The notes under the pieces are model-generated. The model had not been told where the DNA came from and made no database searches. It saw only the letters and a list, made by a program, of their open reading frames with translations. A program made the translations under genes and the position numbers. This document shows, piece after piece, positions 39,541 to 50,348 of a stretch of DNA of 64,000 bases. Every line of letters begins with the position of its first letter. The first letter of the stretch is position 1. The stretch is from Octopus sinensis (Eukaryota). Where the stretch lies: NCBI RefSeq assembly GCF_006345805.1, contig NC_042999.1, positions 48,546,001-48,610,000 on the forward strand, read 5' to 3'.

Positions 39541-40839
39541 ATAAATGTTTAAACTTACAATTATTACTTCAGTACATGTGTATTTGTGTACATGTATATA
39601 CATTTGTCTACCGTTTAAAAGAAATAAAATAATGCTCTGTATTTTAATTAGTGTTTTTATTAATTTATTATGTGCTTCCGCAGAACATAGGATGTTGATA
39701 ACAATATTAATTGCACTGTACACTTCCTGTATTTGAAATTGTTTACTACACGCTGATTAACAGTATTTCCAAATGAGGATATTTTTTTATTGAAGTAGTT
39801 GGCTAATTACCGATCAATGCCTCGAAGCAAGGAATCAGTGAAGTATGTAATCTTTGCCTTTATGAATAAAACTTAACCTATTACACATTCTACTAATTTA
39901 AATGAACTAATTTGGAAAGAAAAAAACCTGAATAAAACTGGTCTTCATTTTGTATAACTTCAAATGTATTAACGAACTGATTGCCAATGTTAAATGTGCA
40001 GGATAAATTTATATTTAGTTTAGAATTTAGGAACAAGTTTAAAAATTTAGATTGGATCGATTTGTTTATAGTTCAGTAAAACCGTTATCGACGTAATTAA
40101 ATATCTGCTAAATTACAAAAACTAAGATATTGTTAGTCTATAGAAACGACATACTTTACAAATTAGAGTTAAAATTGGAACGCCTGCAAAACCCGAACAA
40201 AGAAAAAAATCTTGAATCCAATTAAATAAAATTTTGTTGATTGGATAAAACATCGAAGCAATATATGCATCGAAAACAGAAACTTTGGTAGTTCTATTTA
40301 TGTGAGTGGTTTTAAGAGGATATTTAAAATTCTTAGATCTTATTTGCATCTAAATTAAGTATGTTTATCATGATAATATTATCTACAACTTAATAAGAAC
40401 ACATGCATTTGAACAAAAAATATATAAGGAATATTGAATCCAATGTGTTTCAAATGAAAATTTAGCTTTATTGTCTCATTAGGCAAATATTGATTCAAAA
40501 TCATCTTCGAAAATTAATTGTTTTACTCATTGCAATAAAATTTACCGGTGTTTAGAAATAGGAGGTATACTCAAAATGTACTACTAAAACCACTTCAGTA
40601 ACTATGCCAATACATTTGACCTTTATAGGAAAAACGTCAAATTACCCTTCACTTACTATCATCGCCAGTTTATAAAATGCACAAGAGGATTTCTGATTAA
40701 GTTGCTAATTATCATGTCATTAAGAATGAAATGCCCCATTTTGAAATGAAATCTATTTTGCTTTATCTCAACAAAAAAAAAAACAATACAGTTAATCAAA
40801 ATATGCACCTAATTTATAAACACAATTCTGCTATTTTAT

Positions 40840-41973
40840 CTATAGCTTATTTATGCCAACAGCGAAAAATTCTTGAGAGCAAAAAGTGTTGAAATCACGA
40901 AAGGCTGTTTTTGCATCTTCTTCAGATTTCAAGCATTTTCCTTGGAAATTGTTTGACTAATGCCTGGAAAACCTGATAGTCAGTTAGTGCAAGGTCTTGT
41001 GAATATCGTGGATGACAGAGTACTTCCAAGTTAAGTTCCAGTAAGTTGAGAAGCGTTTTTTGTGCAACATGTGGCCGAGCATTTTCTTGCAAGAGAATTT
41101 GGCTGTCTCTATTGACGAATCTCGGTTGTTTAATTGCAAATTCACTCATTAAATCATCCATTTGTTTGATGTACACATCCGCTGTAATTGACTTACCACG
41201 TCTCATGAAGCCGTAGTGGTTGACACCAGCGATAGACCTCCAAACAGACACTATTAGTTTTTCTGGTGAACATTCTTTTTGGGATTCTAATGTGGCACTT
41301 CGTCACTATCGGACCACCGTGCAGGACGCTTTCTGTTGTTGAAAAGAATCCTTTTTTCATCACACGTAACAATAAGATGCAAATATGATTCCTTTTTATA
41401 GTGCGACAGCAAAGAACAGCAATTTTCAAGACGATGTTCAGTTAGTGTAGTACCCACTTGTCCAGCTTCTTTACCTTGCCGATTTGTTTCAGACGCTCCA
41501 ATATAGTTGGAATCGAAACATCAAGCCTTACTGCTAAACTCGTACGTAGTTCGAAATGTACTTGCTTTCACTACAGTTCCAAGCTCATCATTATCCACCT
41601 TCGTCTCAGGTCTACTACGGGATTTATTTTCAAGAGTAATGTCACTAGACTGGAAGTTCTCAAACTATCGACGCATAATGCGCTCATTCGCCACATTTTC
41701 ACCATTGATGTTTCGAGATGGCGATGAATTATTTCCACAACGGAACTCATATTCATAAACAACACGAATGTTTGATTTACCCATGTGTTCACAAAAATTG
41801 ACTTGCAAGAGAAAACTCACATTATAATGAGACACCATGGCTTGCATTTCGAAAAGTGATGATGTAACTCTTCAGTGTTCTAAAAGAAAAAATTGCGTAG
41901 ATGAAATATTAGAGTTAGCGACTGTCAAACCTGGCGCTTGAAAAAGTTGCACATTTCATTCGTAATGACCTGA
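40840..41973 (-). mobile_element. Mariner transposon, 3'-truncated, decayed
   Basis: One TIR (TATCAGGTCATTACGAATGAAATGTGCAAC); translated pieces LLQENARPH, PRYSQDLALTDYQVF, VGINKL. Confidence 0.88.
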
Positions 41974-42074
41974 TATTAATAAAACCACTAGATTTTATTA
42001 ATATCATTATTGATATTAATAACCACTAGGATATCTTGAATGATGATGCTCAAGAAACACACTGGGCCTGATAT

Positions 42075-42822
42075 CATAAAGCGGGCTAAATATTAAGGGT
42101 TCCACTAAGTATCAATAACAATATGTAACAATAAGCTGACCAAGACCATCTATCAGGCATGTGTACTTAGCACTCTACTGTATGGAAGTGAGACTTGGAC
42201 GCCATACACACGCCAAGAGCGTCGCCTAAACATCATTCATCTGCGCTGACTCCGGAAAATCTTTCGCATCAAATGTCAGAACCATGTCCCCAACAAAGAT
42301 GTTCTCAATCAAGCAGGAATACCAAGCATGTTTGCACTCCTCACACAAAGACGTATGAGATGCCTCGGGCATGTTAGCCGTATGAAAGATGGCAGAATCC
42401 CCAAGGACGTACTCTACGGAGAGCTTGCTAGGGGTACTAGGTCTGTGGGAAGACCGTTGTTACGTTACAAAGATGTTTGCAAAAGGGACATGAAGGCCTG
42501 CAACATCAATATTAGCAATTGGGAAGCAGTTGCCAGCAACCGTGGAGATTGGCGACGTACCGTAAAAGAGGGAATACAAAGGAGGGACAGAGAGAGAGAG
42601 GAGAAATGGAAAGACAAGAAAAGATGTCAACAAGAAACTATGACATTAAAACCAGCCAGGAACAGTTTTCGCTACATTTGTGGCACCTGCCAGAGGGAGT
42701 GTTTGTCCAGGATAGGACTACACAGCCACATCAGGAAATGTATTAGGACATGGAATGTAAAATGCGGACTAGATTATTTTATGCGCAACTCCATTGTCTC
42801 CCGAGACAAAAAGGATGCCAAC
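42075..42822 (+). mobile_element. RTE-clade LINE 3' end
   Basis: YQACVLSTLLYGSETW..QRRMRCLGHVSRMKDGRIPKDVLYGEL..GRPLLRYKD..CGTCQRECLSRIGLHSH; ends AAGGATGCC. Confidence 0.93.
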
Positions 42823-43439
42823 AACCACAAAGTATATAGTTAACTCTGTAAATTGTATAAACCGATACTCAATATAGAATTATAGAGATGAAACTTCTCA
42901 TCCAATATATCCGTTATTGTTTTATAGTCTAGTGTTTAATAACAAAACAGCCTTATTTTTCTGACTGTCGCTAAGGTGCATATAGAAATGCAAAGTACAT
43001 AACTTTTCAATCTTCTTGTGTAATTCTCCTTCATTATAATGATCAAGATACTGATTTAACAATCACAGGTTCTTGAAATTGCACCCCGCCATCTGATACG
43101 TAATGGTAACACATAATTCAGAGTCGTTAGATAAAAGGGAAGACGCAACTTGATACAATTTTAGAAAACTAACCCAGACTGAATATAGGGTGATTGGGAG
43201 CAAAAGTTTACCGCCGCATTTTGCTGGTAATTTTTTTTGAGATATGCAGCACTCTGGCAAACCATATAGTCTAAGAATCGAAACCTGTATAACTTTCAAA
43301 TGTCTGTTAAAAACACACAAGAGTTCTTAACATTATGAACATTATGAGAGTCATTGACAGGAGAGGGTCTTGCGATATATTTGAGTAGATACAAATGTTG
43401 AAAAATAAAACGGACTATGCTGATGAACAAGATTCAGAA

Positions 43440-43480
<41 letters not shown>

Positions 43481-43596
43481 GATATAGATATATAGATAGA
43501 TAGACAGATATATAGATATACACCACCTCTATACACACACAAACAAATATATGTATATATGTGTGACTGAGTGTGTGTGTGTCTGTATGTGAACAT

Positions 43597-44385
43597 GCTG
43601 CGATGGGTAAATTCTCACCATTTTATACTTTTAATTACGCGTATGCACACTATTTGTTTCTGAATTTGTTGACTACACAGAATTGTTGGGTTAGACGGGC
43701 ACAGTCTGTGAGAACAAGAGCACCATGATGCAATTCACTCTGCCAGAAATGTGGAAATGACATTGTCTACTGCTCGCCATTTGTACCGGAAGCCCCAATA
43801 CGAACATTTCAGAGTGTTTGGGTGTGAATCTGAGGCCAGTGCAATCTGAGGACACGTACCGAGAGTGATAAAAATCAAGCAGCTAGGACACCTCGTTGTG
43901 CTTGGAGCGACTACATCAAGTGCCTCAAGGAGATAGTGCTACCCTGGGTCACGAGGGTGTCGCCTGGAAAACCCTATGTCTGACAATAGGAACCTGCACG
44001 ATGCCAGATAAGCAGAACGCGGTCATGGCTGTCAGGCAATTTCTGCGTCGACATCGCCTCTAACATCTGCCCAATTAACTCGCCCGACTGCAACCCTCTT
44101 GATTATTATGTGTGCAGCGTAGTTTAGCAAGGGGCCAACAAAACACTTTGTATTATCAAAGATGAACTGAAGGCAAGGACTATGGCAGCATTTGCTATCT
44201 TAGATAAGGAGGCCGTCCAGAAGAGTTGCAGGAAATTCCGAGGTCATCTGGAAGCCGCGGTTGAAGTCAATGGCGATTTTATGGGTGAAATTTACTCTTT
44301 AGTATTTCAAGATATCTGAATGTAATTTTGGCAAATACATTTGTTAAACTGTGATGTCAGTCATATTTTTGCGTAGTTTAGACAA
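43597..44385 (+). mobile_element. maT/DD37D-type Tc1/mariner relic
   Basis: Decayed LPWVTRV..PYV....PINSPDCNPLDYY..KDELKAR..FRGHLEAAVEVNGDF; the SPDCNPLDY motif is characteristic of this group. Confidence 0.7.
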
Positions 44386-44416
44386 ATACACACACACACA
44401 CGCACACACACGCGCA

Positions 44417-44503
<87 letters not shown>

Positions 44504-44651
44504 CACTCATAAATCTCTGAACGAGGTATCAACAGTAGTTGATAGGGCACAGAAACTGTGTCAATATCCAGCTGGAGATGTTTTCCTGGGGCTGCAAGCT
44601 ACAGTAGCATCCACCGTTAGTGGTTAGCCACATTTAGATGGCAAATATACT

Positions 44652-44733
<82 letters not shown>

Positions 44734-45401
44734 TCATATACTATGTGAGTGTTTGTGTCTGTGTGTGTCAGCTTCGAGAATCTACAACATATAATGTATG
44801 TATGTTATATTTGAAATTCTCAACAGTTAGTCTTACTTTCAGCCTACATGTTTTTAAAACTGTCTAAAACAATTTTGCAAAAAAAGAACTAATTCCAGCT
44901 ATTTGTTGGTGGCATTACAAGATAGGATGCAGAAAGAATCAATTGACAAAAGAAAGCAAAAAAAGAAAAAAAAACATGAATTTAATAATGCGATTTAATT
45001 TTGTTCCGGAAAAGAAAAGAAACAGATCAACTTATATGTAATCCAGGTATCATGACCAACAAATTATGGTCCATTAACCGAATATAAAGAGATAATGTAG
45101 CGAATCACTTCTTCCCTTTTAAAGCACTTGGAATTTCTTGTCCAGTTTTTTTATTTTATATTCACCGGCATTATTGATTTGAGAACTTTTCAAAAAAATG
45201 TTCTTCCCCTTTCCCTCCGACAGTTACTCGTCGACATATAATCCTATATTAGTTAACGGTCTGTCTTAATTTTGTTGTTTGTTTTTATTTTTCCCCACTG
45301 CACCACATTTAACATTTATCTATCTGTCTAGCTCAGTGGATATAAATGCATACATACATACATGTATAGTCACACACATATATACATATATATATACATA
45401 T

Positions 45402-45459
<58 letters not shown>

Positions 45460-45512
45460 GTATATGTATATGTGTATATATATATATATATATAATATAT
45501 ATATATATATTA

Positions 45513-45544
<32 letters not shown>

Positions 45545-45545
45545 G

Positions 45546-45690
45546 TTGAAATTTACAGACAAACAAAAGACGAAGTCAGGTATATAAAGAACAGGCAGGT
45601 GTATTAGTTTGACGATTGGGAAGGTGAGAAAGTGTTCTAGATTTCGAGCCTAAGCTCTTCAGCAGAAATGAACACGAGGAAATATATAAA
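45546..45690 (-). repeat. Short (TA)n-embedded repeat with degenerate antisense hammerhead
   Basis: Minus strand CUGCUGA-A-GAGC-UUAG-GCUC-GAAA-UCUA at 45666-45638; flanked by (TA)n on both sides. Confidence 0.55.
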
Positions 45691-45720
45691 TACGTATATA
45701 TATATATATATATATATATA

Positions 45721-46640
45721 TGAATAAATAAATGGAGTTTAACGCAGGTGTAATAACATATTTTTACTTTCGACACATGTTTCGAAAATTCCACTGATAC
45801 TATCCAAAAGAATAAATGGTATAAACAATGCAATCTTCTCCTCAGGAAAGTGAAAAAAAGCGAAACGTGTCAATAAGACATTTTAGCAAAAAATGATGGA
45901 TTTGTATAGCGATAGACAGAACGCTATTAATATTGTTAAAAAAAAACGTTATATGATATAACGTCATAAGTAGCTAACAAAAAGAGAAGGGATACCAATA
46001 GTGAATGTTAAATATGAAGGAAATTAAAGTTTAAATTATATATAATGATAGAGTCTACTTATATGCACTAAATGTATGTTTTTGCCAATGCTTACATCTG
46101 TATGCTCGCTCTATAACCGTGTTTACTAGAGTATGTTTAGAAAAAAAATAATGAAAAATAGCTCAGAATTGCAAAGAAGACAGAATTCCTTGCGTTTGTC
46201 ATATGGTATTGAAATTGAGAGAATCAACCATTCTAAATGAAATTGTTCATTGTGGTCTTTTAAATCCCAAATCAGTTTGCTGAGACCGGTACTATTGCGT
46301 TTATTTCTATCCCTAAATTCTTTTAGATAACTCTAACAATATAAAATCGTACTTTATTACGAGTATTGATTATACACTGGTATGTAGAATTTTAAATCTT
46401 AGTGTTACTTGACATAAACTTAATTCTATTGGAATTGACTTCAGATACAATAACCTTGTTATTAATATTTCTAAAAGGTTGGATTGTATTAGCTAAATTA
46501 ATGTTAGTATTAGTAAATGTACTAATATTTAACAGTTTGTTATTGTGTGAAGAGATAATTTGCAAGAGATATTTTGTGTTTGAAAAACCTATCCTAACCT
46601 TATGTGAATTGATAATAGAGTAATGTCTAGAATATTACTG
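45721..46640 (-). mobile_element. Penelope-like element 3' end (GIY-YIG C-terminus plus terminal repeat)
   Basis: Minus translation ..LQIISSHNNKLL....FKDHNEQFHLEWLIL..PYDKRKEFCLLCNSELFFII..RCKHWQKH*, then a non-coding tail ending at (TA)n. Confidence 0.85.
45766..45851 (-). ncRNA. Type I hammerhead ribozyme, canonical core intact
   Basis: ACUUUC | CUGAGGA | GAAGAUU..long hairpin..AAUUUUC | GAAAC AUGU GUC^ | GAAAGU; all three stems and all conserved core bases are present. Confidence 0.88.
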
Positions 46641-46642
46641 TA

Positions 46643-46722
<80 letters not shown>

Positions 46723-46779
46723 ACGGGAAGCTTTATGAAAATAAACAAAAGACGAAGGCAGGTGGAAAACAAACGAACA

Positions 46780-46982
46780 ATTGTATTAGTATGGCCCTCA
46801 GGAAATATAAATAAAACAAGTCTTTAGGTGGAAAAATTGTATTAGTATGGCGCTCAGGAAATATAAATAAAACAAGTCTTTAGGTGGAAAAATTGTATTA
46901 GTATGGCGCTCAGGAAATATAAATAAAACAAGTCTTTAGGTGGAAAAATTGTATTAGTATGGCGCTCAGGAAATATAAATAA

Positions 46983-46987
<5 letters not shown>
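46780..46987. repeat. 56-bp tandem repeat, 3.7 near-identical copies
   Basis: ATTGTATTAGTATGGCGCTCAGGAAATATAAATAAAACAAGTCTTTAGGTGGAAAA starting at 46780, 46836, 46892 and 46948. Confidence 0.95.
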
Positions 46988-47034
<47 letters not shown>

Positions 47035-47222
47035 CATAAAAGTAAATAAATGATACAACGAAGTATCGATATGTACTGGAAAATAGCGAACGTAATAAAT
47101 ACGACGCTAATGTATAGCTTCACTGCGTATGTACTAGTAAAGATGCGTGTGTGCAACAAACATGTAAAATTGTCTTACCTCTAGGAAGAACATCTGAAAA
47201 ATTAAAAACCTAGATAAGGATA

Positions 47223-47295
47223 ATGCAGTACCGGTTTCGGATTTTTCAAAATACGAATGCCAATCGTATAATTGATTTATCTTCATCAGCCACAT
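47223..47295 (-). ncRNA. Type I hammerhead ribozyme, core intact, weak basal stem II
   Basis: AUGUGG | CUGAUGA | AGAU..AUCC | GAAAC CG GUA^ | CUGCAU; palindromic ACCGGU stem III. Confidence 0.7.
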
Positions 47296-47876
47296 AAACC
47301 TCATATATATATTATATATATATATATATTATATATATATAATATATATATATATTATATATATAGCTATATATATATACACACATATATGCATAAACAT
47401 ATAGGTGTGTATGTATCTATATATATATATATATATATAATTATATACATATATGTCTTCGTGTGTTTAAATATACACAAATATAAGAGTTTGTTTATAT
47501 ATATAAACATTATTACAGACTACAGCCATAGCTCATAGCCGTAACAGTTCTTATATGTCATATAAATACATGAGATACAACGAAATTATATTCCAAATAC
47601 ATATGGTAAATTAACTTATATATTTCACGCACTTTTGACCGTTAGCTCCGAGTAGAAAATTCTTGCAGTCTCAACAATATTTATTAATCATTTGTTATAT
47701 TCCTAGGTTTCCACAGGCAATTAAATTTATCGGATATATTAACTGGTTTCAACTGACTCTCAGGTTTATAGAACTTACTCGTGTTCACGTAACGCTAGAG
47801 CGATTGGACAGTTGCCTCAGTATTATCATGTGTTGCTTGGACTATGATGATCACTGTTTTAATAGTCTGTGTATAT

Positions 47877-48312
47877 AAGGCGGCGAGCTGGCAGAAACGT
47901 TAGCAGGCCGGGCTAAACGCTTCGCGGTATTTCGTCTGCCGTTACGTTCTGAGTTCAAATTCCGCCAAGGTCGACTTTGCCTTTCATCATTTCGTGGTCA
48001 ATAAATTTATTACTAGTTACGCACTGGGGTCGACGTAATAGAATAAATGCAATAGTACCGGTCTCAGCAAACTTAATCCGTTTATCTGTCCTTGTTTGTC
48101 TTCTTTGTGTTTAGCCCCTTGTGGGTAGTAAAGAAATAGAAATAAGTATTTCGTCTACCGTTACGTTCTGAGATCTAATTCCTCCGACGTCGACTTTGCC
48201 TTTCATCTTTTCGGGGTCGATTAATTAAGTACCAGTTGCCTGATGGGGTTGATCTAATCGTCTGGCCACCTCCTCCAAAATTGTGGGCCTTGTGTCTAGA
48301 GTAGAAAAGAAT
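47877..48312 (+). mobile_element. SINE family A dimer with a 30-nt foreign insertion
   Basis: Same architecture as 14760-15162; extra segment at 48038-48073. Confidence 0.9.
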
Positions 48313-48650
48313 ATACTATATATATACGCTCGTGTTATGGATACACGAGTATCAGGTATACTGATTTAAAAAATTTAAGATACATCAATCATTTCTCTTC
48401 ATAAAGTTTAGAAGTGTGCTTCAGACAAATTTACATTTGATATATATAAAGGGAGAGGAGGCTTGGCGTTGTTTCTTTCCTAACCACATGCTTCGGGGTT
48501 CAGTCACGCTACGTTTAACCGTTGCAAGTGAATCTACAAATGCCCCGTGTAAAGTAAATGCCTCGTGTTTGTGTGTATATGCTTGTGTGTGTTTGTATGT
48601 GTGCGTGTGTGCCTGTGGGTGTATGTATATATGTATATATATATATATAC

Positions 48651-48699
<49 letters not shown>

Positions 48700-48722
48700 C
48701 ATACATACATACATACATACAT

Positions 48723-48950
48723 ACGTTTTTTTAAACAATATTAATAGCGTTCTGTCAATCTCTATACAAATCCATCATTTTTTGCTAAAATGTCTTATTG
48801 ACAAGTTTCGTGTTTTTCACTTTCCCGAAGAGAAGATTGCATTGTGTATACCATTTATTCTTTTGAATAGTATCAGTGGAATTTTCGAAACATGTGTCGA
48901 AAGTAAAAATATTTGATTTACACCTGCGTTAAACTCCATTTATTTATTCA
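48723..48950 (+). repeat. Inverted copy of the PLE terminal repeat (45721-45949)
   Basis: About 230 bp reverse complement of 45721-45949, highly similar by eye, ending at (TA)n. Confidence 0.93.
48819..48904 (+). ncRNA. Type I hammerhead ribozyme with a U4-to-C core substitution
   Basis: ACTTTC | CCGAAGA | GAAGATT..AATTTTC | GAAAC ATGT GTC^ | GAAAGT. Confidence 0.8.
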
Positions 48951-50133
48951 TATATATATATATATATATACATATTTGGAAGGCTAATTTATTTAGAAAA
49001 TGTTGCGCGTATTGAAATTTGGTTCTTGTCAACCTGAAGATTATCGTCCTTATATTTGTAATCTCTGTATCAAAATATCTATTGTTTACTGGGGAATCCT
49101 TATTAATTGTTTGAGGAAGTTAATATATAGATTTCTAAGCTGTTGTTGAAATCGCACCGGGTATTCCAGTGATCAATGTTTAGTGAAGCAAATTACATCC
49201 TGCCATCAGATTGTTATGAAATAGCGTCCTATACGAAGCTATAGGACGCCATTTTATTTTATTATCCTAATTTCATATGAGGAAAGTTTCCATTTAAATA
49301 CAATGATACTGGATACTTAATTAAACGTAAAAGCATTAGATTTTATAGATTCTTGTGATTCGGCATTATAATTACTTTCAATGTCGTTAGAAAATCTAAA
49401 ACAGATTTCAAAAATTATAAGAAATATCGTTAATTTTATTTTCAATCAAGAAATTTACGCTTAGATATAGCATAGTGTTCCCAAGCCAACATCATGATTG
49501 TTCTCAACGAAGGTATACGTTTATTATGAATACCTGAATATTATCTTTTATAAGAAAAGTTGCGATTAATTGTATACTCTGATCAAGAGAAACAGCGCTG
49601 GGTAAATTCAATATCGGTATGAACATAAAATTTCCATGGAAGCTATTTACATTATATGAGATTGTAATTAGTATACACGTAACATTGCTTCGGTTATTTT
49701 TCCTTTACTCTCAAGGTTTTCTTTGTAAGACTAAATCATTACTTATGCATTATTTTTACTGTTTATATTTACCAAAGATTTTACGTCTTAAAGAGACTGA
49801 ATTAATTACATCTTCTATAATGACTTTATTATAAGACATGCATAAAGGATTTTCCCTGTTTGCAACTGTTAGAGTTTGATGTTGCAGCAAATATCAGCTG
49901 AAAGAATTTCATAATTCCAAATGACAATGTAGTTTGTAGGTGGGTATTCATTACCATAAACGATTTTAATGTAATCAGTTTTTGCTCATTAGAAGGGTAA
50001 CAGGATTTTATATATATTTATTTTATGTATGTAGTTTGCCATTTCTTACATTAATGTATAAACTGCATTTACAAATGTCGATTATTAACTCTAGAGTACA
50101 TTCGCATATTAATTACTTCAAAAAATATAAATG

Positions 50134-50348
50134 CGCCCTTTTAAAGCCCAGCCAGCCTCATGGGCCAGGTTTCCCGGTTTCAATGGCGTATGTGTTCCCC
50201 AGCTGGACGGGACGACAGACCATCGCAGCATTCCTCATGAAATGAAGTGTTTTGCTCAAGAGCACAACGAATCGCCCAGTCTAGGAATCGAAACCACAAT
50301 CTTACAATCATAATGCTGACAACCTAACCACTAAGCCACACACTTTCA
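50134..50348 (-). mobile_element. tRNA-derived SINE with CORE and V-like segments
   Basis: Reverse complement: GTGGCTTAGTGGTTAGG..GGTTTCGATTCCTAG..GTTGTGCTCTTGAGCAAAACACTTCATTT..GCGATGGTCTGTCGTCCCGTCCAGCTGGGG. Confidence 0.75.

Noticed and set aside
46255-46300. GAGACCGGTA as a decayed hammerhead
   Set aside because: It lies within PLE GIY-YIG coding sequence on the opposite strand and has no CUGANGA.
46780-46987. CRISPR-like appearance of regularly spaced repeats
   Set aside because: The units are contiguous and identical with no unique spacers; eukaryotic context and no cas genes.
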